A stretch of 64,000 nt of DNA from a virus. Taxonomy: Duplodnaviria; Heunggongvirae; Uroviricota; Caudoviricetes. Location: positions 129,656-193,655 of the IMG/VR virus record IMGVR_UViG_3300005512_000002, one strand, 5' to 3'. Shown piece by piece: positions 10,205-20,197 of this stretch. The stretch's first letter is position 1, and each line of letters opens with the position of its first letter. The position numbers and the translations under genes were made by a program. The notes under the pieces were generated by a model, which saw only the letters and a list, made by a program, of their open reading frames with translations, was not told the DNA's origin and made no database searches.

Positions 10205-10722
10205 CCAGGTCGCAGACCCGCAACCAGCAAGCCCAGACCCAGGACGAACATGACCAGACTGGCCGGCTCGGGCACCACCGGGGGCTGCCAGTGAAACGGG
10301 GTGTCGGGCAACCAGTCCGGCGGTGGTAAGAAAGTGCGCCAGTCGTTGTGGTGGGGGGGCAGCGACAGGGGTCGGTTGTACCAGCCTCCGAACTGGGGCC
10401 GCTGGTCCCAGCCGATCAATTGCATGGGGCCCCACGGCCCGTGCGTCCGATCCACGAACAGGATGGTGGCGTCGGGCCCAAGGTGAACCGGGCCCGACGG
10501 GAAATCACCCGGCCGCACCAGCAGGTGATTGCTCTCCAAGGACAGCCAGGTGCTCATGCCATAGCTGGATAGCTGGCCCCGGCCGCCCGAGAGCAGGGGG
10601 GCGAACAACTGACTGCCCCGGTGCGGGAATCCGATGGCCTGACCGTCATACACCTCACGAGAGACCGACCCGGAAAGACTGCTCGCCGCAGCCAGGACGA
10701 TGGCGATGATGAGCGTTCGCAT
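10171..10722 (-). CDS. PEP-CTERM sorting-domain protein
   Basis: N-terminal signal peptide MRTLIIAIVLAAASS; C-terminal VPEPASLVMFVLGLGLLVAGLR (VPEP, TM helix, basic residue). Confidence 0.85.
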   Translation of the reverse strand: MRTLIIAIVLAAASSLSGSVSREVYDGQAIGFPHRGSQLFAPLLSGGRGQLSSYGMSTWLSLESNHLLVRPGDFPSGPVHLGPDATILFVDRTHGPWGPMQLIGWDQRPQFGGWYNRPLSLPPHHNDWRTFLPPPDWLPDTPFHWQPPVVPEPASLVMFVLGLGLLVAGLRPGQARLSKSSDP

Positions 10723-10832
10723 GTCCCGGCCTATCGGCGTGCCAGGGGTCTGCCATGGGCCCGTCGGGTGTGCCGGTCCGCGATTGTGACACCCTGGGTC
10801 GCTCTGGTACGATCATGCCGGCGGTAGGGGGC

Positions 10833-13331
10833 TCAGCCCCCAGTCCCGGGGGCACGGTCCACCAGAGCATGATCGGGATCATCACCCGCCATTGCATTGC
10901 GGATCTCCTGCAGCTTCTGGTGGCGGCGATGCAGCATGACCGTGGCGGTCACCAGGATCTCCTGGGCCGAGGCGTAGACACCCAGCCCGTCTTCGCCGGC
11001 AAGCTGATCGGTCATGGCCCCGAATCGCTCGTCCATGTCCGGGTCGTCCAGTTGGTAGGGGGCCAGGGCCTCGGTTACCACCTGCTGGTTGATCTGGGCC
11101 TTCTGCTTTTGGGTGAGATAGGGTCCCCGCTTGCCGCCGGCATGCTGCTCGCGCTTCTCGGCCTTGGCCTGTTCCTGGAGGGCCTGATCGCGCTGTTCGA
11201 TCTGATTGAGAAGCTCCTGGCTCAGGCGCACGCAAGCCACGGTCTCGCGGGTGTCCAGTTCCGGCCAGGGCACGACGAACTTGGGCTGTTCACCGTAGGC
11301 GTGCTGGTACTGGGCCCGTGACATGACCCAGTCCTTGGGGATCTCGAAGGCGGCGGCCAGTTGTTCGGCCGCCTCGTCCTCGATCCGGTCGGCGTCCACC
11401 ACCAGGCGGCAGGTGGTGCGGTCCGGGCAGGCGAAGCGGGCGGCGGCCGCCTTCTTGGGCTGGCTCTTGCCCCGCTTGTTCTTGTTGTTGTCGGCCAGGG
11501 GCGCCTTCTTGGGTTTGCCGCCGGCTGGCGAGGGCAGGATGCCACCATCGGGTCCCATGTTGTTGGCGCTGGGCAGGGGCACGAAGATGTTGTCCTTCTT
11601 GCGCATGTCGCGGGTGTCCTTGAGCCGCTGGACCACGGTGGGGAAGTGGTAGCCCAGAGTCTCCAGGGCGGTACGGGGATCGAGGATGCCGTTCTGCACA
11701 AGCTGCTGCATCACGCCGATGAACTCGGCCTCGTCGCGCAGATTGAGTTTGACGAACTTCACGTGCACCATCTTGCCGATGCCCAGGGCCTTCTTCAGCA
11801 GGTTGATCTCCTTGTTCAGGAACTCCAGGAAAGCGTCCTGGGCGGTGGTGACCTCCTCCTCCAGCCCCCGGAAGTTCATGATGCTGTTGCCGATGGCACC
11901 CGAAGTCTCGCTGGTGCCGGTGAAGATCCGCGAGATGCCGAAGCAGGTGCGGATCTGGTCGTCCCACAGGTTGTACTTGGCCGGGTCCATGAAGGCTTCG
12001 AGGCCCGGCTCAATCCACTCGATGTCCAGGGTGTGGTTCCAGTAGATCGCCAGCCCCTCGCGGCGCTGGAAGACACTCTTGAGGCGGGCGATGGAATCGG
12101 GGTTGAGCACGGGGAACGTGTCATTGCCGATGGTCACCTTGAGGATGCGTTCCTTGAGGTGCTTGGCGGTATGCTCGTCGGCGGCGATCAAGGCGTCCTT
12201 CATCTGCAGGGCCTTGAAAGCATGGCGGATCATGGGTGTGGGGTAGACCTCGTAGTCCTGCTTGTCGCTGAAGGTGATCGAGCAGATATTCGGGCTCAGC
12301 CACACCTTGCGAGCACCCTTGCGGATTTGCTGCACAAGCTCCACCGGCAGGGCGTTGATGAACTCGGCCTGCTGCTCGGTCGGATGGCGCACCGCCTGCA
12401 TGAGCGCGTCGCCGACGGTGAGGTAGGGCTGCCGCAGCAGGTCCATCTCCTCGGGCCCTTCGATGTTGACGGCCATGGGCGAGAGCAGGGTGTAGGCCGC
12501 CGGGACCATCCCCTGGAGCCATTCGTACTGCCGGCGCACGACGATGCCGGCCTGCAGCTTCAAGCGCTGGTCCGAGCAGCAGCCTTCCGCGTGGGCCTTC
12601 TCAAACTTCTCCAGCCGTTTGGCTTCCTTGAGGTAGTTCTGATAGGCCTGGTTGCCCTTGCTCATCAGGGCCCGGGCCTTGGCCATGCGTACCCGGCGGG
12701 CCTTGCGGTTGCCGGCGACCACCCGGCCGTCCTCGTTGGGCTGCGGGATCTTGCCGTCGCGGTAGTCGCGGGGCACATAGGGGATCAGGGCCTTGAGGGC
12801 CACCACGAAGCCGCTGCGAAAGTATTCGCGGAACCACTGCTCGCGGAACGAGTGGCCCATGGCCGAGTTGATCCACAGCTTCACCAGCGTGGCCACCTCG
12901 TCGTCGTCGGACTCGACCACCAGCCGGCTGTTGGCCAACTGGGTGAGGAACTTGACGCACTTGTAGACCAGCGGGTCCTTGCGCCAGTATTCCATGGCCC
13001 GACGGATGTCATTCTTGTCCCGATCGCTGCTGTTCCAGGCGCTGTCGGTTTCCGCCCAGTAGTCGAAGGCATCCCAATAATCCACCGAGACCTGGGCCGC
13101 CCCGACGCTGTGCGTGTAGTCACCGGGGGCCAGGTCGTGGATGTAGAACTCGGTTCGACCATTGACCTGACGGGTGGTCACCGGGTTGTGCGGTGCCTTG
13201 GCGCCCGGCATGTTGGCCGTGATGACCCCCTGGTCGAAATCGAACCCGTAGCGGTTGGCGTAGGACACCGGCTCGGCGGCAGCCTGGGATGCCTGCACGG
13301 CTTGGGACATGGGATTCTGAAGCTGGGTCAT
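10833..13331 (-). CDS. portal protein with a long C-terminal extension
   Basis: Directly downstream of the terminase. Has portal-like segments (KQDYEVYPTPMI, KVTIGND, WNHTLDIEWIEP, LVQNGILDPRTALETLG). Confidence 0.75.
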   Translation of the reverse strand: MTQLQNPMSQAVQASQAAAEPVSYANRYGFDFDQGVITANMPGAKAPHNPVTTRQVNGRTEFYIHDLAPGDYTHSVGAAQVSVDYWDAFDYWAETDSAWNSSDRDKNDIRRAMEYWRKDPLVYKCVKFLTQLANSRLVVESDDDEVATLVKLWINSAMGHSFREQWFREYFRSGFVVALKALIPYVPRDYRDGKIPQPNEDGRVVAGNRKARRVRMAKARALMSKGNQAYQNYLKEAKRLEKFEKAHAEGCCSDQRLKLQAGIVVRRQYEWLQGMVPAAYTLLSPMAVNIEGPEEMDLLRQPYLTVGDALMQAVRHPTEQQAEFINALPVELVQQIRKGARKVWLSPNICSITFSDKQDYEVYPTPMIRHAFKALQMKDALIAADEHTAKHLKERILKVTIGNDTFPVLNPDSIARLKSVFQRREGLAIYWNHTLDIEWIEPGLEAFMDPAKYNLWDDQIRTCFGISRIFTGTSETSGAIGNSIMNFRGLEEEVTTAQDAFLEFLNKEINLLKKALGIGKMVHVKFVKLNLRDEAEFIGVMQQLVQNGILDPRTALETLGYHFPTVVQRLKDTRDMRKKDNIFVPLPSANNMGPDGGILPSPAGGKPKKAPLADNNKNKRGKSQPKKAAAARFACPDRTTCRLVVDADRIEDEAAEQLAAAFEIPKDWVMSRAQYQHAYGEQPKFVVPWPELDTRETVACVRLSQELLNQIEQRDQALQEQAKAEKREQHAGGKRGPYLTQKQKAQINQQVVTEALAPYQLDDPDMDERFGAMTDQLAGEDGLGVYASAQEILVTATVMLHRRHQKLQEIRNAMAGDDPDHALVDRAPGTGG

Positions 13332-13363
13332 GTGGCTTTCTCCTGCCCTGCCAGGGCGGCCGA

Positions 13364-15136
13364 TCAACCCCACGCGCCATCGGGCAGTTCCTGGGGCTTG
13401 TGCTTCGAGTCGAGCCATTCCTGGGCGGCGTCGTAGCCAATCAGAACGGCGGAATAGCGGTCCTTGCGCTGCTGCTTGGTGGGCGTATCCCACCGCAGGC
13501 GGTTGCCCACGGCGGTGGTCACGATGGACGACACTTCGGTCAGCATCTTCTCCATTTCCAGGTCCAGGTCATCCATCTCGGGCACGTACAGTTCGCCGGG
13601 CACCGGCGGGATGGCAGCGATCTGCATGCGGCCATGTTCCAGGGCTGAGCGAAGTGCCTCGTTGGTGTCGCGGACCCAGTCGTAGCAGGAGAACTGCACC
13701 AGCGGGGCGAGCAGCCGTTCACCGGTCAGGGCACGGTGATCGTCGTTGTCCTTTTCGAGGATCAGCTTTTCGCCCGGCGGGCAACTGCGCTGATCGGCCA
13801 GCAGGTCCCGGAGTGTGGTGCCGCCCCCGCCGGCGTCCATCTTGATCCAGCGAACCTGGAACTGGCGGATGATCTTGCGGATCTCCTGGTGGACCTTGGG
13901 GAACGGCTCGTTGTTGTAGGTGAACACCCGCACCAGCCGGATCAGGCGCAGGTCGAAGTCCACCTCGTAGAGGCTGATGGCCAGGTTGTCACCACTGCGG
14001 GCCGGGTCGATACCCATCACGTAGTCCACGCCCTGGCGCGGGTACAGGGCGGGCCCGAAGCTGTTGTGGGCCCGGGCGGCATCGAGCAGGGAACGACGGA
14101 AGAACCCCTCGCTGTCCGGCGGGAAATAGCAGCAGAACTCCATGAGGAACTGGTAGTCGCTCATGGTTTGCCGTTGCCGCCGGATGGTGGGCATGTCCAT
14201 GAAACCTTCGGACATATCCCACCAGGCAAACGCGCACAGGGCGTTCTTGCCATCGCTGAGATACCGGGCCGGGATCTGACCCTGGTTCAGGGGGCCACCT
14301 TTGGCCACCAGATGCTCATGAGGCAGGCCGCGACGGATCAATCGCTGCTTCTCGGCCCAGATCTGCTCGATCAGGTTCTGCACCCGTTCCCAAAGGTGGT
14401 TGTACTGATAAAACGCGGTCGAGCTTCCGATGAACACGTTGCCCGTACCCATTTCCTGGTCGTATTGCTGGCGGGTAATCTTGCCAGCCGCGAGCAAAGC
14501 ATTCAGACGCCGCGTCTTCTTGACCTGCTTCATCGGGTTCTGCTTGGTGGCCAGGAAGCCACCCACCACGATGTCCAGAACGTCCTTGTTAATCTGGGCA
14601 AGCTCGTCGGCCAGCACGTAAAAGTAGCGGGCACCACGAATCTTCGAGCCATCGACACCCATGGGCAGTGCCTCGATGACGCTGCCCACCTTGCCCGGGG
14701 CGCTCTTGAGTTTCAACCAGCACTTTTCCGGTGTGGTGCTGGGCCCGTGGGCGACCGACTCCTGGAAGACAGGGCTGATCTCGACCAGCTTCTCCAGTTC
14801 CTGCCACATCATCTTGGACTGACGAAAGCTGGGGGCGATAAAGCCGATGCGCTGCCCGGGATAGAGCAGGGCCTGCAAGGAGCCGGTCAGGGCGTCCATG
14901 AAGGTCTTGCCGCCACCACGGGTGAAAATGTCGATCTCGAAGTTGTGTGTCCAGCGACTTTTGAGGACCAGCCGCTGGGCCATGTCCAGGTCGAAATCCG
15001 GGTCGGTTGCCCCGAAGATGTCCAGGGCCGCCTGGACGGGATTGGCCCGCCAGAAAGCCATCAGGTCATCCACATTGGTGGACTTTTTATTGAGCGTGGT
15101 GACACCGTCGGGCACGCGGGCTTTCTCCTGGGCCAT
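13364..15136 (-). CDS. terL: terminase large subunit
   Basis: Walker A TRGGGKT, Walker B VLADE, motif III GSST, nuclease GIDPARSGD and C-terminal KDRYSA. Confidence 0.93.
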   Translation of the reverse strand: MAQEKARVPDGVTTLNKKSTNVDDLMAFWRANPVQAALDIFGATDPDFDLDMAQRLVLKSRWTHNFEIDIFTRGGGKTFMDALTGSLQALLYPGQRIGFIAPSFRQSKMMWQELEKLVEISPVFQESVAHGPSTTPEKCWLKLKSAPGKVGSVIEALPMGVDGSKIRGARYFYVLADELAQINKDVLDIVVGGFLATKQNPMKQVKKTRRLNALLAAGKITRQQYDQEMGTGNVFIGSSTAFYQYNHLWERVQNLIEQIWAEKQRLIRRGLPHEHLVAKGGPLNQGQIPARYLSDGKNALCAFAWWDMSEGFMDMPTIRRQRQTMSDYQFLMEFCCYFPPDSEGFFRRSLLDAARAHNSFGPALYPRQGVDYVMGIDPARSGDNLAISLYEVDFDLRLIRLVRVFTYNNEPFPKVHQEIRKIIRQFQVRWIKMDAGGGGTTLRDLLADQRSCPPGEKLILEKDNDDHRALTGERLLAPLVQFSCYDWVRDTNEALRSALEHGRMQIAAIPPVPGELYVPEMDDLDLEMEKMLTEVSSIVTTAVGNRLRWDTPTKQQRKDRYSAVLIGYDAAQEWLDSKHKPQELPDGAWG

Positions 15137-15141
15137 GCCAT

Positions 15142-18100
15142 CTAGCTGGCCGCCACCTGCAGGTCCGTGGGTGCGGTGGGCGGATCGTTCAACTGGAACC
15201 CGCCAATTGGGCTCCAGCTACTGAATTGTTTGCCATCTGATGCCCGAACTCGCCAAAACCAGATTCCAGGTTCGGGGATGGGGCTCAATGACACGCTGGC
15301 AGAGCCCAATTCATCCTCATCCCAGATGATGTTGTCGAAATCCTCGCTGTCGGCGACCTGAACCTGGTAGGTGATGATCTCGCCAGGGTCCACGTCCGAC
15401 GCCACCGACCAGGCCAGGGCGGGTGCCGTGGTGCAAGCGATCAAAGGCACCTGGTAGAGGGTGTCCCGACCGTTGGCGGTCATGAAGCTCTGGCCCGGGG
15501 CTCCCGGCGGGCTATTCCAACGCACCTCGTAGTGGGCGGTAGCCCCGAAATAGCCGCCGGTGTTGCGGGCGGCCACATGGAAGTACCAGATTCCAGATCC
15601 GTACTGGGGACTGGCCAGGTCGATCTGGGCGGTAAGCTGGGTCGTGTCGTACCAGGTCTGGTCGGCCTGATCGAGTGCGGCGGAAGTCACCTTCCAGTAA
15701 TAGCCCACAACCGGCAGGGCCTGCCAGGACGCCAGCGACCAGGTGAAGATGATCTGAGACTCGTCCTGCCAGGACGCTTCCGGCACACTGGCCGTCAGCG
15801 GCTCGACATCGCCGGGGACTTCCGGGGGCACGGTGACCCGGGCCGCCAGGGTCTGGTTGACCGCCCGCTGCACCAGGACGCGGCCCGCGAGCACATGGGC
15901 CTGCACATTAACACGGGCCATGAGATCGTGCATGGCCATGATAAACACGCGAGCGGGCAGGTCCTGGTCGTTGCGTTCGACCACCACGCGGGCGGCCAGG
16001 GTCTGCTCGTCGGCGTCGCCCGGGGTTACCTGCACCCGGGCCGCGAGGTTGATCGACCAAAACGATTGGTACACCCGGGCCGGCAGGTCGGCCTGACCCG
16101 TGCCCTGCACGAACACCCGGGCCGGCAATGTCACGCCGGGCGGCGCGTAGACCACCACCACCCGTGCGGCCAGGTCCTCATCGGACCGTTGAAACACCTT
16201 CACGCGAGCGGCCACGGTGGCGTAGTCACCAATCTGCACCCGCGCTGGCAACGTGGCGTTGTCCGGCTCGTAGGCGTTGTACCTGGCCCACCACTGAACC
16301 CGCGTGATCTGGGGGCTGGTCAAGCCGTCGCTACTGGGCAGCACACGCAATCGCATCTGCACGTACTGGCCATAACCACCCCCGTTGACGGGCACGATCT
16401 GACCGTTCTGCGACGGGTCGTCGATGATGTTCCAGTCGGACCAGGCGATGGAGGTATTGCCTGGATCGAAGCTCTGGTCCGAAGCCCGCACGGACACGGC
16501 GACATTCTGACCGCTGGTCAGGGTGGCGAAGGTGACCTGGACCTGGTAGATGCTGGTGCCCGCGCCGTATCCGGCCAGAACCACCGGTGACAGGAGGGTA
16601 AATTGCTCGGCCTCCAGGCCCCACTGGACCGGGTCGGGGTGACGGCGGGCACTGAAGGCCTGATCGCCGGGCACCCAGGTATGATCCACCACGGGATCAT
16701 CGCCATCGAGGACCGGGTGACAATGGGCAAGCATGACTTCGTCGAGCGTGTCCTCGTAGGGCAGGCAGTAGCTGTTGGTTCCGTAGTCGCTGCCATTCCA
16801 CGGTTGCACCGAACGGGCCATGGCCCCCAGCACCGGCTTCTTGGTTTGCATCATGTCCAACCGGACCGGGCTGGACTCGGGACTCTCCAGCATGGCGAAC
16901 CAGTAATGATCCTGGTCCATGCGCACCTTGGTCTGCTGCTGGAACTTGCCGTCGATGAACCAGCGTGCGTACCACCACTGCTCGTCGGCCGAACGGGTGA
17001 AGAACTGGTGCAGCAGGATGTGTCGCCAGGCACTGGTGGCGGCCATGGCGTAGTCGGTGTACAGACTGGCCTGCTGGAACCCGAGCATGCGCCGGTGCAA
17101 CTGGCAGGAAAGCAGGATCTGGTCGTTGTTGAATCGCCCGGCGGCCAGGGTGATCGAGCCGACCACCCAGGTTCCGACAAAATCAGGATCGTTGCGGAAG
17201 TGGCCGCCCAGGATCACGCGGTAGTCGTCGGGTGTCAGGTAGGTCCAGCAGCCGATAACAAACGAGTCGTAGACCCCAGCGGGTGCCGGTGGGATCGGAG
17301 GGCTGGTACGGGTGCTTTCGTACAGGTAGCGGTAATCCACAGCCGATCCTGGCAGGTCCACGTAGGCCACGCCGGTCCCACCGCCCGGGTCGGCCTGCAG
17401 GCCGTCGGCGTTGAGCACCATGGTGCGTGTGCCGGTGCTGCCGGGGGCGGCGTCACGGCCGTCGTCCGGCGTGTTGTCGTGGGCCTGCAGGGTTCCCCAG
17501 CGATAGTGGAACAGGGGCTGCTCGATGTTCAGGCCCGGCGCCTCGGCCATGTTGCTGAAAGCCAGTCGCATGACGTTGGCAAAGACCCGCCGGTGTCCGC
17601 TCCAGAGGTCAAAGCCGTCCGTGTCGTTGTAGATCACAGTCGGCACGGGCTCGTAGACGTTCACCCGGGCGGCCAGGTCAGCCGTGTCCGGCAGGTCGCC
17701 CGGTGGCATGACGGGGAACAGTTCGCCGTCGGTATCGGAAAACGACAGGTCGTCGAGGTCAACGTGCCCGGCCGCGTCGTTGATCTGGGCCAGGCCGCCC
17801 AGCCAGATGCTGGCGATGTTGTCGTAGCCGATCCCGTGACTGAAGACCTGGCTGTGGCCACCCGTGACCGCCAGCCCGAAGGTGGAACTGTTAAGCTGCA
17901 TCCGCACCTGCTGCCAACCGCCGGTCGCGCCGCAGGCCACGGTGACCGAAGGGGTGTCCAGGCTGTCGTGGACCAGTTGCAGCAGGCCGCGTTGGATCTG
18001 CAGGTCGAAGACCCGATCGCCATTGGCATCCAGGGCCCGCATGACCGTGATGGCACCCCGGGCCCCGTGGTTGTAGACCCACGCCTGGGCATAGATCTTG

Positions 18101-18771
18101 CTGGCAGGCGTGTCCAGGTCGAAGCTGACGTACTGACCGTCGGCCAGGGCCGGGTCATAGTCCCCGGCAAAGGCCAGGACCTTTACGCCCAGGCTTCCGC
18201 CATGGGCCGCCTGGGCCAGTTGCTTGAGGCTCACGCGGCCAGCCAGCCCGTCCTCGTCCTCCACCACCGGGCCGATGAAGCAGTCGCCCAGGGTGTGATA
18301 GCCCTTGTGCATGCCGCCGACATACAGGTGCCGCGTGGTCCGGGCGGTGGCGGCGGAGATGGTGACGGAGGTGGGGGGGTTCTGATCGTAGACCAGGGTC
18401 ACGTCGTTGGTGCGGACCTGGACGAGGACGTTGTGCCAATGGGTGTCGATCGGCCAGGTGGCATAGCGTCCGGCCACCGGCTGGGCAATGGCCATCTGTC
18501 CGTCAGCGACAAGGACCAAACGTCGGGCACTGACCAGGTAGCTGACGCGCCACACCTCGTTGAGGCTGGCGTCCAGGCCCTTGAGGAAGGTAATCGCCCC
18601 CTGGTCGAGCGAGCCGGGGTGGAAAACCGTGCGGATGTCGGTGGTGGTCTTGTCGGACACCAACGGCACGTCGATATAGCTGCCATCGCGGCCCTGCTGG
18701 CAGGTTACCCGCAAGCCCAGGGCACCGGCGTAGGCGGCCGGCTGCCCGTCCTGGGTCAGCAGCACCGCCAT
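15142..18771 (-). CDS. 1209-aa virion fibre/spike-like protein (LamG-like domains, 'L.ARV' repeat stalk, C-terminal FN3-like domains)
   Basis: About 11 tandem (D/T)L(P/A)ARV repeats; WYFHVAARN and WFWRVRASDG FN3-like motifs. Confidence 0.65.
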   Translation of the reverse strand: MAVLLTQDGQPAAYAGALGLRVTCQQGRDGSYIDVPLVSDKTTTDIRTVFHPGSLDQGAITFLKGLDASLNEVWRVSYLVSARRLVLVADGQMAIAQPVAGRYATWPIDTHWHNVLVQVRTNDVTLVYDQNPPTSVTISAATARTTRHLYVGGMHKGYHTLGDCFIGPVVEDEDGLAGRVSLKQLAQAAHGGSLGVKVLAFAGDYDPALADGQYVSFDLDTPASKIYAQAWVYNHGARGAITVMRALDANGDRVFDLQIQRGLLQLVHDSLDTPSVTVACGATGGWQQVRMQLNSSTFGLAVTGGHSQVFSHGIGYDNIASIWLGGLAQINDAAGHVDLDDLSFSDTDGELFPVMPPGDLPDTADLAARVNVYEPVPTVIYNDTDGFDLWSGHRRVFANVMRLAFSNMAEAPGLNIEQPLFHYRWGTLQAHDNTPDDGRDAAPGSTGTRTMVLNADGLQADPGGGTGVAYVDLPGSAVDYRYLYESTRTSPPIPPAPAGVYDSFVIGCWTYLTPDDYRVILGGHFRNDPDFVGTWVVGSITLAAGRFNNDQILLSCQLHRRMLGFQQASLYTDYAMAATSAWRHILLHQFFTRSADEQWWYARWFIDGKFQQQTKVRMDQDHYWFAMLESPESSPVRLDMMQTKKPVLGAMARSVQPWNGSDYGTNSYCLPYEDTLDEVMLAHCHPVLDGDDPVVDHTWVPGDQAFSARRHPDPVQWGLEAEQFTLLSPVVLAGYGAGTSIYQVQVTFATLTSGQNVAVSVRASDQSFDPGNTSIAWSDWNIIDDPSQNGQIVPVNGGGYGQYVQMRLRVLPSSDGLTSPQITRVQWWARYNAYEPDNATLPARVQIGDYATVAARVKVFQRSDEDLAARVVVVYAPPGVTLPARVFVQGTGQADLPARVYQSFWSINLAARVQVTPGDADEQTLAARVVVERNDQDLPARVFIMAMHDLMARVNVQAHVLAGRVLVQRAVNQTLAARVTVPPEVPGDVEPLTASVPEASWQDESQIIFTWSLASWQALPVVGYYWKVTSAALDQADQTWYDTTQLTAQIDLASPQYGSGIWYFHVAARNTGGYFGATAHYEVRWNSPPGAPGQSFMTANGRDTLYQVPLIACTTAPALAWSVASDVDPGEIITYQVQVADSEDFDNIIWDEDELGSASVSLSPIPEPGIWFWRVRASDGKQFSSWSPIGGFQLNDPPTAPTDLQVAAS

Positions 18772-18774
18772 GGA

Positions 18775-19587
18775 TCACGCTCCAATCCCGCTGTGGTAGA
18801 GCGACAGCACGTCATCGGCGTCGATCACCGGGACCCAGATCGAGATCTCATCCAGGCGGCAGGGGATCTCGCGGCCCAGCACCACATAGGGTTGACCCAA
18901 GCCGTTGATGGTTTGGCCCCAGTCTTCACGCACGCCCTGCCGGACCCCATCGACGTACAGTCGCACATACAACGAGTTCCAGACCTGCAGCACGACAAAA
19001 TGCCAGGTGTTCGGATCGTGCGTGTCACACTGGTTGAACTCCAGCACGTTGAGGTAGTAGCTGCTGTCGGTGGTACCCAGGGTGTTGGAAGTCTGACCCA
19101 CCCAGGCCTGATCGCCGGCGTACAGCCGTTGGGCCATGAAGTCGAACTGCCCGTCGGCGTTGACGATCATGCGGGTGTAGGTACTACCCTGGTCCACCCA
19201 CCCGGGCACACACTTACCGGGATTGGCAGGATCTTCCTCCAGATAAATCCAGAACGCCTGGGTGCGGTAGCTGTTCAGGGAAAAGTTGTTGATGTACCAA
19301 TCGTTGCCGATGCCGTTGGCGACCGCGATCGCCTTGTCGTCACTGTCGGCCAGAGCACCAACCTGCTGCAGGGTAAACGAACCCCGGTAGGTGGCATTGG
19401 CGTTGCCGAAGTAGTCGTAGCTGATGCCCCCAACCGCCTCGTTGCAGCGATAGTGCGAAAACGGGGGTGTGTCCATGGCCTGAAGGGTGGCCAGGTAATC
19501 GTTGGCCGGGGCGACCCAGGTGTTGGCCGGCCCCAGGCCGTCGAAGTTGGCGTCTTCCCAATCGACCGTGACCGGAAGGCTGGGCAT
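18775..19587 (-). CDS. LamG/concanavalin-like domain protein
   Basis: Motifs YRCNEA.G, WHFVVLQ...LYVDG and LDEISIW...DDVLSLY. Confidence 0.7.
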   Translation of the reverse strand: MPSLPVTVDWEDANFDGLGPANTWVAPANDYLATLQAMDTPPFSHYRCNEAVGGISYDYFGNANATYRGSFTLQQVGALADSDDKAIAVANGIGNDWYINNFSLNSYRTQAFWIYLEEDPANPGKCVPGWVDQGSTYTRMIVNADGQFDFMAQRLYAGDQAWVGQTSNTLGTTDSSYYLNVLEFNQCDTHDPNTWHFVVLQVWNSLYVRLYVDGVRQGVREDWGQTINGLGQPYVVLGREIPCRLDEISIWVPVIDADDVLSLYHSGIGA

Positions 19588-19609
19588 GAATCACCTCGCT
19601 TCCGGATCG

Positions 19610-20194
19610 TTAGGCGGCCGGGTAGACGTAGTTGGCCCGGTAGCTCCAGCCGGTGTGCTCACCGGCAATGGCGTTGGACTCGGGCTTGAAGGCCACGTAG
19701 ATGTAGAAGTTGGTGAAATACTTGGCCGACTCGCCGTTCTGCAGGACCAGCAGCGAGTCGGTGTCGTCGTTGCCGTTGCCCCCATTGTCGGTGGGGTAGG
19801 CGGTGCCTGCTTCACCCGGATCGAAGATGATGCCGGTGTCGCCATGGGGCAGTTCGGCCCAGTTCTGCTCGATGTCGTTGTCGGTGATGCCGGTCGGATC
19901 GACCCAGTTGGCCTTGAGGCAGATGCGGAAGTCCCAGTCCGTGGCGTCGCCGGGATAGAACTCCTCCAGGTTCGACTCGTGGTCATAGAGCCGGAAGCGG
20001 ACCTGCTGAGCGGTGTTGCCGTCGAAATAGAAGACCAGCACCTGCGGCGTGGACCAGGCCCCGGCCTGGACGTTGCTGAAATCCCAGTACGGGCTGATGG
20101 TGCTGGCAACGGGTCCGCCGGCCAGGTTCACTTCCGGGATGTTGTCGTTGCCGCCGGCGGTGACCTCGTAGAACGTGAATGCGGGTGCAGCCAT
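19610..20194 (-). CDS. hypothetical virion structural protein
   Basis: Acidic and beta-rich (194 aa) with coding-like codon usage; coupled to the upstream gene via TAACCCATG. Confidence 0.6.
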   Translation of the reverse strand: MAAPAFTFYEVTAGGNDNIPEVNLAGGPVASTISPYWDFSNVQAGAWSTPQVLVFYFDGNTAQQVRFRLYDHESNLEEFYPGDATDWDFRICLKANWVDPTGITDNDIEQNWAELPHGDTGIIFDPGEAGTAYPTDNGGNGNDDTDSLLVLQNGESAKYFTNFYIYVAFKPESNAIAGEHTGWSYRANYVYPAA

Positions 20195-20197
20195 GGG

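Noticed and set aside
16603-19689. Long plus-strand ORFs over the left arm (also 1249-2895, 2640-4475, 11361-13436, 13736-15145)
   Set aside because: They are antisense shadows of real minus-strand genes caused by high-GC codon bias, with no recognisable motifs.
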